The notes below the pieces were generated by a model. The model was not told the DNA's origin. It saw only the letters and a list, made by a program, of their open reading frames with translations, and did not search any database. Made by a program: the position numbers and the translations under genes. Of a stretch of DNA of 64,000 bases, positions 55,386 through 64,000 are shown piece by piece. The DNA lies in IMG/VR virus record IMGVR_UViG_3300001683_000016, positions 32,001-96,000 of that record, one strand, 5' to 3'. Source of the DNA: a virus. Each line of letters starts with the position of its first letter. The first letter of the stretch is position 1.

Positions 55386-56512
55386 TGGCTGCTGGTATAC
55401 CGATTAGATTAGTTCAGGAAAATCACAACACAATAGAATTAGACGCAACGTCTATGACTCTTTCTACTTCTAGAAAAGTGGGTGGTTCTGCTTTACCACT
55501 TACAGGAAGTAGACGTATAGGTATGGACTTAAACGTAAATAAAGCCATGATAAATATTCAAGGTATTATTGCAGATGATAGAGAAGGAACATTAGCCACT
55601 GCCCATACCGCTTCAATTAACTTTGGTAGAAAAATAGAAGGGCAGCAATTTACCATGGCTTCTAATTTAGAGGCTTTACTTAATCAAGAGTTACGATTAC
55701 AGACTTTAAGCACTGCGACAAGTAATCAAGAAAAAACAATAACTTTCACTAATACCGCTTCTGCTGGCGCAACTGCCTATTCATCTAATGGTGGCGCAGG
55801 TAGCACCCCTACTGTACTTGTCAACACAAGTGACGCTACATCAGTTCAATTAGCAACAGCAGTTGTAAATTATATTAATAATCAACTAAGTTCTGATTTT
55901 ACTGCCACACTAGTCGAAGGTACTAATTATGAATCTAAATCAATAAATTGTGTAGTGAACATTGTAATGGTTGCTAAAGGTAGTGTTACCGCTATGAGAA
56001 GAACAACGCCTAAGTTTAAGCAAATAGAGAATCCAGTTAATGCAGTTATTTTTGAGCCTCCGAGAGTGTCACCGAGGTTTGGCGGAGGTACGGATAGTGT
56101 AAAGAAATCTGCTGGTGATAAGGCTATGGATTTGTATGGAATTATTAACAACAGTACAAGACGTACATTCAGAAGTGCTAATCCTATAGATTTGTATGGT
56201 ACACGCAGATTACCTGACCATGTGAAAGATTACATTATAGGTATTCAAATACCTTACAATTCTTCAATTAAAGCAACGGGTGGAGAGCAATATGTTGCAA
56301 GAAACTTCTTTATGCCCACTGGATTTTATTACGGTAAAGAAAAAACATCGGAAGGTAATGACCATCCGGCAAGTGTGACGTTTGACCCCTCAGAAGAAAC
56401 AACTGGGATACAAGGCTCAGTTCAAAAGTTTGATATTACATATGACGCTGGAGAGTCTGTTTATAATTTTAATATGATATTTGCACCAATAGATAACTTA
56501 ATAATAGGTTGA
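55385..56512 (+). CDS. Putative distal tail/hub protein
   Basis: Directly after TMP; GSVQKFDITYDAGESVYNFNMIF C-terminus. Confidence 0.55.
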   Translation: MAAGIPIRLVQENHNTIELDATSMTLSTSRKVGGSALPLTGSRRIGMDLNVNKAMINIQGIIADDREGTLATAHTASINFGRKIEGQQFTMASNLEALLNQELRLQTLSTATSNQEKTITFTNTASAGATAYSSNGGAGSTPTVLVNTSDATSVQLATAVVNYINNQLSSDFTATLVEGTNYESKSINCVVNIVMVAKGSVTAMRRTTPKFKQIENPVNAVIFEPPRVSPRFGGGTDSVKKSAGDKAMDLYGIINNSTRRTFRSANPIDLYGTRRLPDHVKDYIIGIQIPYNSSIKATGGEQYVARNFFMPTGFYYGKEKTSEGNDHPASVTFDPSEETTGIQGSVQKFDITYDAGESVYNFNMIFAPIDNLIIG

Positions 56513-56524
56513 GGGGGGAATTAA

Positions 56525-59500
56525 ATGACAGTAATTAGCCGTAAAACACATGGGTTTTTCTTTAACGGTATTACTGACAGCATCATAGTCCCCGAAGGTG
56601 ACTTTAGTGAGTTAGGTCATAGAACCACAAGAGGCACTGACGATGTGCGAGTTATTTTATCTGAGAATGCACCATCATCTACACGCGATAATTCTGCGAC
56701 ATCGGGTATAGATAATCAATTTTTAACAATAGAAGCGTGGGTAATGCCTGATTGCGGCGGTACAATAATAGAGAAAGAAGGTCAATACAAACTTTCACTT
56801 GGTCACGTAGACACGCCCGGACCTGCATCTTTTGAAGTATACATGGAAGGTGAAGGGGGTGAAGAAAGTTATTTTCTAACCACAGCAACCTTAGAGACAG
56901 ATAGATACGAAGGGACTGTATACCCACATATTAAGTATCAGGGTCTACAAGATTCATACAATAGATTTGTTGGAAGTAGAGACGACGCAACCGAATTAAA
57001 CAAAAATCATAGACCTTTGATTCATGTAGTAGCGGCGGTAAAAAGCGATACAATAGATTTGTACATTAATGGAGAGTTAGTTGTAAGAGAATCTATAAAA
57101 AATAGAGGTTTAATGTTAAAAACATCAACTAAACAAACATACATTGGTGGTAAAGGTGGTCAGTTTAGAGGTACGTTAGAAGGTATTCATCTTAATTCAT
57201 CGTTCAAAACATCAATGATAAACGGTAATACACCTCTAGCAGACGATGATACATTACTTCTATACAGATTTGAAGAGCCTATTGCACCAATTGAAACCGT
57301 ATACACATTCTCTTCAATTGCGAATAACAGCACACAGATAGACGGGCAGAGTGTGGCAATATCGCAAATTAGTATGAGCACAACTGATGCTATTGATTTA
57401 GCCAAAAAACTTACTGGGTTATCCAGTGTATCAGGTAATTATGTTTTTAGTAAAGATAGTTCAGGAGTTCACAATTATTCGAGCGGAGACTACAAAGTAC
57501 TAGATTCTCTATCAGGCACTCTTGTTGAGCATTCTGTATCCCACACTCCATATAATCTTCTAATCAATCCTGATGGGATTAACCCTGATACAAAAGCGCC
57601 TAACAATAAACCACCTGAGAGAGTAAGACTGCATAACATCAATGTGGGTACAGGTAATATGTTAGTATCTAGTATTCATCTTGATTTTGCTACATCTGTG
57701 AATGGTTTGCGTAGCGCGTTGCATACTAGAACCTCAGGAGTCGATAATCACTTTGTGGTAGTGAGTGCCGATATGTTACTTGAATCATCTACGGGTAATC
57801 CGTATCAACCGCCCCACTATTCCTCACAGATAATAGATAGAACAGGACAAATGGTATTAGATGAGAGCGTTTTCGGGAATCATGGTTTTGTGTATTCTAG
57901 TGCAATTGCTACAACCACATCAGATACAAATAATCCGTTTGCTGTGGCGTGGCCTACTAGCATAAGTGAAGATTTTCAAATAGGTCACAGCGGTAGACAT
58001 ATTAAGAATCATGTCGAAGGCCACGCTTTCTTACGAATGCTACCTAAGGCTATTGATGAGATAATAGACCAAGAAGCAGATGGTGGTCCTTATGCTGATA
58101 TTATAGACGTAATATACAATAATATGCATAGAGGCATAGACAAGCAAGTTTCTGTTAATAGTCTAGTAGATGTGTATAGAGATTTTAATGAGATAGTTAT
58201 AGATAACGTTGTTAACACTAGTACTGTTACTGTAGCGTATAATTCTTACAATGGTACTAGCAGTCCACCTGCTGGTAAAAGAAAGTTAATTGCGATAGGT
58301 GGTCCTAATTTTAACTACACGTCTTTTGCACTAAAAGGTCCAATTCCGCAATTCAATATATACGATGAGGATAACGATGAAACTCATCACGATAGTAACA
58401 TTAGAGATTACCACGTTACTCCTTCTAAAGAAAGTAGAGTTGCTATATTACACGTACCTAGATTAGCAGACTTGACTCCATCTCTTTCTCCATTTGTGGA
58501 AATACATTACAATGCAATTGATTTAACCGGCGCTAGTATGAGCGGCACAGTACAACCTTTACTTATGGTAGAAAAAACCGTACCTTCATCTGATACATTA
58601 GTGAGCGGCTCAGAGTATGTTTACGATTCTATAATCCATGCGATTGGTTCAGGTATGACATTACATGCACCCGGTGGATACATAGATGTGAATAGAAGCG
58701 ATGTGGGTATTGAAAGTCCAATAGTACAGGAACATGGTTTAGTGGGCGACACTTCGGAAGGATATTCTGCTGATACAGAAGTCGATGAATCGTTAACACC
58801 CGCTAATTATACTCCAAGAAATAATGCAGATTCTATACAAAACGGTACACCGCAAGCCATAATTGAATCTGTGAGTGCAACTGGGGTGCATGAATCTTCA
58901 TTTAATAAATTATATCTTAATAAAATAAACCAAATTAAAACCTTAACTGATAAAGGTAATTATTCTAGAATAGCCCCTGATGTAGTGTTGGATAGCGGCT
59001 CTGCTGGGCAGTTCGATACTGGTACTGTGTCCTCTTCATCTCCTATACACGAAACATTTGACATAATAGATAATCACATTTTAGCAGGTAGAGATAACGC
59101 TGATTTTAGAATCTTCATCCAGCCTACTGACCGAAGAAGAAGTATGCAACTTGCTAATGTTAATTTATCTACTACGTTTAATAGCGCAACTATACTTTAC
59201 TTAATGAGTAGAGCAAAAGTAAGGTCGATAGAAGAAAGTGAAGGCGATGAGGGCGGTTACACTACACTAAGTTGCATCGGTGTAGGAGATAGCCTAGTAT
59301 CCCGTTCAATTGATTTTACTGGTAAGGGTAGCCCTGATTCACACATAGTCAAAGAAATAGAGCCTAATGCACCTGTTGTTACTGTTACGCTTGGTGGGCC
59401 GGGTCAAGGCGCTATGGATACTAGACCAGTATTCCAACGCAGTATATTAGCACACGAAGCCTATTCTACACGCAGGTCGTATGCTGTAACTGCTACTAAA

Positions 59501-62500
59501 TTAACAGTTAACTGGACATCAGGGGCTTGTGTGCTTACTGTAAACGCTCTTAATAACGAAAGTGAAGATATAGCCAGTTGGGGCACATATGGATTTCCTA
59601 AATATGGTAGAATATACTTACCTGATGGTAGTAGTGCTAAATACGCTAGTAAAACAGGAAACACTTTTACATTCACAGCAGCAAATGTTGGCTCAGGGGA
59701 TTTTCTTTCATCCGATAATAGTGAATACGACAATGTTGCTAAATTGCTGAATAGTCTAGGACATATGGTTGGTGCAACTAATGGAACATCAGTTGTTATA
59801 AATGGTAATTTTACAGTTTATAATGAGGGTAACTTTGGTGAAGAATCAGATTTAGAAAATGGTAGTACTATAAATGATAGAATGCATCAGAGTATGAATG
59901 ATGTATCTCATGATTACCAATTAGGCACTCAATACGCTAGTACTAGAGCGGTTGCAGAAATACCGTTTTTCTCTAAACAATTTTTTGCTCCATCTGTTGG
60001 TCCTGATAACGCATTTAAGATACATATAGACGCTACACACACTGCACATACTTACAACCCTAGTCCAGTTGGTAGAAGATTCATAGACACAGAACCAACA
60101 GATAGAGAGGCTAATTCTGCTTATTCTATGGCTTTACAAAACAGAGAATACTTAGATTCAACATTCGTCACTAAATGGACGGTTAACAGTACGACAAAAA
60201 GACTCTATGTAAACAACATAAGTATATTTCCACCTTCTTCTATATCCACTGCAACGTATCAAAATGTAACAACATCATATAGATACAGAAAGATAAACCT
60301 AGCAAATGGTGAATGGGCATGGTATACAAACACAGACCCTATTGGAGACGAGTATCTCAGTATATCTACCACAGAATACGGACATAGTGAGAACTTCTTT
60401 GAATCTTTAGAAGTAGGTATGTATGTATTTATTACTAGTGCTAGTATTGATAGAAACTTATTGTCTATTAGTTCTGATGGGTTTACACCATCGTCTGACT
60501 ACGAAGATAGAGATGAATACTACCACGATAGCGCAAGTGTAAAAACACAAGGAGGAAATGTAGATTATGGTCTACGTCAATATGTTAGTGCAGTTGAGTT
60601 TAAGGCTGGGCCTGAAAGTAATCCACACGCTGCGAGAATAGAAAGTAAAAGAGCATCTGTAACGCCTCTAACTGTTAGTTCTGCAATTTCTCTCACAGGT
60701 GATGACAAAGCGATAATACTTACTTTTAGCGAGGATGATTTTGCTAAACTCCCGTATTTAAACTACGATACTTTAGCCGAAGCATCGTCATCTCTTGGAG
60801 ATTTAAGATACGATATGCAATATACTTTAGAAAGCGGTGCTGTACATAGTTATCAATATCACGGTAACATAAAGACTCTTACTGGTGCTTCTGTTACAAT
60901 TAATCCTCCAAATAGTATCACACTTGTATATCACACTTATACTAAATTAGGCACTTCATATCCTTCTGCAAACGATTTAGTTGGTAAGAAATTAACTCTT
61001 GCACGTCGTAGTCGTGAAGTTTTTGGAGATGTAATTACTGAAACATTAAGCGAAGGTAGTTTGGCTTATGCAGAAGTAAAGAGTAATCTAATGGTTGATG
61101 AAAATATTGCCATAACAGCATATTCTTTAACAGCAAGAGCACTTATTGAGATAACTAACGAAGCGGGTAAAAATGTAAACAACCTACATGGTATAAATGT
61201 AAAGAAAGGAGATTCAGTTTATTATTTCATTAATTCAGGTACAGATACGGTACGAAGAATAGGTACGGTAACCAGCGTCACTCAAGCGTTGAATACTAAT
61301 AAACAAACAATTAATCTAAGTGGTAACACAAACGATGTACCTGCAAACGCTAAATTAGCAGTATGGGTTGGTAATTATGAAGATAAAGACGCTGTATTAA
61401 ACGCAACGTGGTTAAACCCATATGCACAAGGTGGATTACGCAACGGTGATACAGTGTGGGCTAATATGTCGTACAATAATCCACATGCGGTTGAGGGATT
61501 ATTTGCTAAGAGCAGAGGTGTGTTAAACGAATCACAAGTATGGAATGCGTTTAACGGAGGTACTGGTGAATTAGATACAACTAATCCAAGAGACAGCATA
61601 CCTCTAGAGAACTTTTTAATTGGTAACACTTGTTTAGAAACTGCGAGAAACTATGTACAACACGTAAACAGAACAGTTGAAGAAAATTATCTAGCACTCG
61701 GACTTACATCGGCTCAAGCGCCTGTTGTAGCCTATATTGACCCTTACTTGTCTACTGACGAACACGCGCGTGTATTACTATACAATGTAGCGCATGACAA
61801 GGAGTTCATCGCATTCCAAGATATACACATGCAAGTGCAAACTAGTTCACAGGCTACACAAATAGGCTGGCCTAAAGAAGTGGTAGAAAGCGGCGGCACA
61901 AGTAGAACAGAATTACACAAAGTCAATGCTGTGTACAACGGTGCTGGCCCAAGCCCATGGACTACGCAAATAGATGTTACAAACGGCTTTTTATCTCAGA
62001 ATCCATACATACGAAGCACTCAACAATCTAAGTATATTGAAAGCGCCTACGCACATGACTTAGCAAATAAACATACTAGTGATTTAATTGACAGCAGTAC
62101 CATTGCTAGTTTGACTACTGCTTTACCAACAGATGGTAGAAGAATAGAAGGTGCTAGATTATACGGTAAAGCACACGGCCATTATGTACACACAGGTTAT
62201 TCCTATGGTGGTACATATGACGGACTTTCAACTGGATACAGCCTTACACCTAGAACTAATGATAGCGTAGCGTTATACAAAATTGCCAACACTTTACATG
62301 ATTTTACAAGAATACCAAAAGATGATAGATTTTCTTATGTCAATGCTTTGATTAATCTAAGAAATGGTACTACCGATTGTTCTTTAAGAGACCCGTCTAC
62401 TTTTTTTGATACTCCTGATGGTACTAGAGTTATACCCGCATTCTTGTGTCTAAAGGGTATACGTAATACTACTCTTGATTTATCTTCACATGGTGAATCT

Positions 62501-64000
62501 AGATTACAGCACTTACCTCAATGGAAAGATATGGATTTTATCAGAAGATTGACGATTGACTTAGGTGTAGTAGCGCAAAAAGATGGTGTAGTAAATACTC
62601 TAGCGGGTGCAGAAGAAGTAGTTCGCTTAGTTAATCAACATGCTGCGTTAACCGCTAGAGTACAAACTGGTTCAGCGCACGACCCCTCACCGTTTTGGGA
62701 TACTGATAACGGAGACAGGGGTACACACATGGGGTACATACGCGCTCACATAGGCAGAGAGGTACAAGACTTGAATGGTGATGTTGGTTATACGGTTGTC
62801 TTACACAGCACAGTACCCGGTGCTAGTGGTAGAAACTTTTGTGCTTGGTTGGATAACAGTAACGGGCAATCTCTGTATGAACCTCAGTTCTTAGTAGGTC
62901 ATGGTGGAAGGTGGCGTAACTTTTGGGCGTTACCCGATGAAAGAGAAGGAGAGAATATGCACCCCGCGCCTATGCCGTTAAACAAACACGGTAGACCGTT
63001 TGCACCAATCACTACACTACAACAATATGTCACATCAGTAGAAAGTGGTGAAGACGTAGAAAGTGTAGCCGAGTTCAAAGACAGTAGCACAATGAGAGCA
63101 GTATCTGATTCTATAAGTGGTAAGAGTCATAACAGCATAAACACAGAATCTTTAGACATTAAAGGTTCATCGTCTTCTTTAGTAAGGGGTCTAAGAACTG
63201 GTACAAGCCCCACTAGTAGAGTTAACTTCGGTGGGTTAGTAGCAAGCGGTGTACCCGGTTTCGCTCCTAATGCTGGTATTTGGGGATTCGGTGTGAATGG
63301 TGAAAGTAGGTTAAATAACAGATACGGTAGTTCTTCCACATCTTCTTATTCTTTACACGTACCTACCACACAATCCTCTCAAGATGTTGTAGGTAATGCA
63401 GATATATACGGTATGAAATTAAAGAACAACCTTGGTGAAGAATCTACTATAAGATACATATACAGAACTATGGGTGATTCGTTTTCTAATAGAAATACAT
63501 CACTACCCGATACAATAGAACAAGATGTTTGTGTTTTCTTCGATGATAGAGATATATCTCAAGGTGGTTTCACTATTGGTAGTGCAATGCAAGGTAGTGG
63601 TGATGCTACTGGTAGAATGAGTTTTAGTGCAGTTAGTCAAGTTTTAGGTAGTTGGAGAGGTGCTAGATGGAGAGGTGTTAATTCACCAAATGCTGCAACG
63701 TTAGTTACTGCTGCATTGAGCAGTGGCGCTTTGGCTATTACATTCGTAACACCATTTAACGCAAGTTTTACAGATGACAAATTAGGCTATTTAGGATTTC
63801 CAAAAGAAAATGGTTTGATACAAATAAGCGATTATGATGGTGCTGGCGATGCCAATGTTGGGTTGACTCTATCTTACACTAGTAGAAGCACAACTACGTT
63901 TTATGGTGTTACGGGTGCAGCATCATTAACAAATACTTCATATTTGATTTCATCTATATTAAACCAAACAACCTTAGTTACAGATGAGTTAATTGCTGCT
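56525..64000 (+). CDS. Giant tail tip/adhesin protein (>2490 aa) with N-terminal LamG/ConA-like domain; runs off the window
   Basis: ATG 56525 after GAGGGGG; FFFNG...LTIEAWVMP...HVVAA...LYINGELV...YIGGKGGQFRGTLEGIH; no closed + ORF in the track after 56512, and the frame is open at 64000. Confidence 0.8.
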   Translation, partial: MTVISRKTHGFFFNGITDSIIVPEGDFSELGHRTTRGTDDVRVILSENAPSSTRDNSATSGIDNQFLTIEAWVMPDCGGTIIEKEGQYKLSLGHVDTPGPASFEVYMEGEGGEESYFLTTATLETDRYEGTVYPHIKYQGLQDSYNRFVGSRDDATELNKNHRPLIHVVAAVKSDTIDLYINGELVVRESIKNRGLMLKTSTKQTYIGGKGGQFRGTLEGIHLNSSFKTSMINGNTPLADDDTLLLYRFEEPIAPIETVYTFSSIANNSTQIDGQSVAISQISMSTTDAIDLAKKLTGLSSVSGNYVFSKDSSGVHNYSSGDYKVLDSLSGTLVEHSVSHTPYNLLINPDGINPDTKAPNNKPPERVRLHNINVGTGNMLVSSIHLDFATSVNGLRSALHTRTSGVDNHFVVVSADMLLESSTGNPYQPPHYSSQIIDRTGQMVLDESVFGNHGFVYSSAIATTTSDTNNPFAVAWPTSISEDFQIGHSGRHIKNHVEGHAFLRMLPKAIDEIIDQEADGGPYADIIDVIYNNMHRGIDKQVSVNSLVDVYRDFNEIVIDNVVNTSTVTVAYNSYNGTSSPPAGKRKLIAIGGPNFNYTSFALKGPIPQFNIYDEDNDETHHDSNIRDYHVTPSKESRVAILHVPRLADLTPSLSPFVEIHYNAIDLTGASMSGTVQPLLMVEKTVPSSDTLVSGSEYVYDSIIHAIGSGMTLHAPGGYIDVNRSDVGIESPIVQEHGLVGDTSEGYSADTEVDESLTPANYTPRNNADSIQNGTPQAIIESVSATGVHESSFNKLYLNKINQIKTLTDKGNYSRIAPDVVLDSGSAGQFDTGTVSSSSPIHETFDIIDNHILAGRDNADFRIFIQPTDRRRSMQLANVNLSTTFNSATILYLMSRAKVRSIEESEGDEGGYTTLSCIGVGDSLVSRSIDFTGKGSPDSHIVKEIEPNAPVVTVTLGGPGQGAMDTRPVFQRSILAHEAYSTRRSYAVTATKLTVNWTSGACVLTVNALNNESEDIASWGTYGFPKYGRIYLPDGSSAKYASKTGNTFTFTAANVGSGDFLSSDNSEYDNVAKLLNSLGHMVGATNGTSVVINGNFTVYNEGNFGEESDLENGSTINDRMHQSMNDVSHDYQLGTQYASTRAVAEIPFFSKQFFAPSVGPDNAFKIHIDATHTAHTYNPSPVGRRFIDTEPTDREANSAYSMALQNREYLDSTFVTKWTVNSTTKRLYVNNISIFPPSSISTATYQNVTTSYRYRKINLANGEWAWYTNTDPIGDEYLSISTTEYGHSENFFESLEVGMYVFITSASIDRNLLSISSDGFTPSSDYEDRDEYYHDSASVKTQGGNVDYGLRQYVSAVEFKAGPESNPHAARIESKRASVTPLTVSSAISLTGDDKAIILTFSEDDFAKLPYLNYDTLAEASSSLGDLRYDMQYTLESGAVHSYQYHGNIKTLTGASVTINPPNSITLVYHTYTKLGTSYPSANDLVGKKLTLARRSREVFGDVITETLSEGSLAYAEVKSNLMVDENIAITAYSLTARALIEITNEAGKNVNNLHGINVKKGDSVYYFINSGTDTVRRIGTVTSVTQALNTNKQTINLSGNTNDVPANAKLAVWVGNYEDKDAVLNATWLNPYAQGGLRNGDTVWANMSYNNPHAVEGLFAKSRGVLNESQVWNAFNGGTGELDTTNPRDSIPLENFLIGNTCLETARNYVQHVNRTVEENYLALGLTSAQAPVVAYIDPYLSTDEHARVLLYNVAHDKEFIAFQDIHMQVQTSSQATQIGWPKEVVESGGTSRTELHKVNAVYNGAGPSPWTTQIDVTNGFLSQNPYIRSTQQSKYIESAYAHDLANKHTSDLIDSSTIASLTTALPTDGRRIEGARLYGKAHGHYVHTGYSYGGTYDGLSTGYSLTPRTNDSVALYKIANTLHDFTRIPKDDRFSYVNALINLRNGTTDCSLRDPSTFFDTPDGTRVIPAFLCLKGIRNTTLDLSSHGESRLQHLPQWKDMDFIRRLTIDLGVVAQKDGVVNTLAGAEEVVRLVNQHAALTARVQTGSAHDPSPFWDTDNGDRGTHMGYIRAHIGREVQDLNGDVGYTVVLHSTVPGASGRNFCAWLDNSNGQSLYEPQFLVGHGGRWRNFWALPDEREGENMHPAPMPLNKHGRPFAPITTLQQYVTSVESGEDVESVAEFKDSSTMRAVSDSISGKSHNSINTESLDIKGSSSSLVRGLRTGTSPTSRVNFGGLVASGVPGFAPNAGIWGFGVNGESRLNNRYGSSSTSSYSLHVPTTQSSQDVVGNADIYGMKLKNNLGEESTIRYIYRTMGDSFSNRNTSLPDTIEQDVCVFFDDRDISQGGFTIGSAMQGSGDATGRMSFSAVSQVLGSWRGARWRGVNSPNAATLVTAALSSGALAITFVTPFNASFTDDKLGYLGFPKENGLIQISDYDGAGDANVGLTLSYTSRSTTTFYGVTGAASLTNTSYLISSILNQTTLVTDELIAA

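Noticed and set aside
19027-63339. Minus-strand ORFs in the right arm (e.g. 54425-55264, 47236-47724, 51825-52292)
   Set aside because: Antisense to well-supported genes; only 17808-18629 occupies its own space on the minus strand.
1-64000. tRNA/rRNA genes, integrase, DNA polymerase/primase module
   Set aside because: None recognised by eye; the replication module probably lies outside the window. A tRNAscan-SE/Infernal run on 11150-11710 and 12545-13070 would be the decisive check.

Overview
This window is a gene-dense segment of a tailed dsDNA virus (Caudoviricetes, HK97-type head, non-contractile tail). The host is most likely an archaeon: Shine-Dalgarno sites are GGAGGTGA-type, promoters are TATA-type with some leaderless genes, and PIP-box-like motifs occur. 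From memory, the capsid/terminase/protease set resembles 'magroviruses' of Marine Group II Poseidoniales; this is an inference and was not searched. Layout: (1) 1-12.5 kb, a minus-strand early arm with a PEP-utiliser-type phosphotransferase, SNF2 helicase, ArdC and many small ORFs, preceded by 7 copies of one promoter-like motif. (2) About 11.2-13.07 kb, a divergent control region with CATTACGC iterons, hairpins and an AT tract (ori, pac or terminus candidate). (3) 13.07-23.06 kb, an accessory array. (4) 23.2-27 kb, membrane proteins, a small GTPase and an AbrB-type regulator. (5) 27-64 kb, morphogenesis genes: TerL, LAGLIDADG protein, portal, a 1.86-kaa protein with a degenerate ligase domain, protease-scaffold, MCP, neck, tail tube, frameshifted tail chaperones, a short tape measure and a >2490-aa tail protein. 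Main finding: almost every protein in the accessory array carries a shared ~12-aa tag (F-x-x-A-W-x-L-L-K or GEPMxxA(F/M)xLLK). It occurs N-terminally, C-terminally, or as a repeated linker between unrelated effector-like modules (ADP-ribosyltransferase-, ParB-, zincin-, SAM-lyase/DUF3293- and HNH-like). The tag ends in the same (L/I)LK seen at the predicted maturation sites of the MCP and protease, it is conserved as a DNA repeat, and an 'empty' copy lies among the head-tail genes. I interpret this as a modular capsid-cargo addressing and cleavage system with shufflable polyproteins. All functional calls are motif-based by eye.
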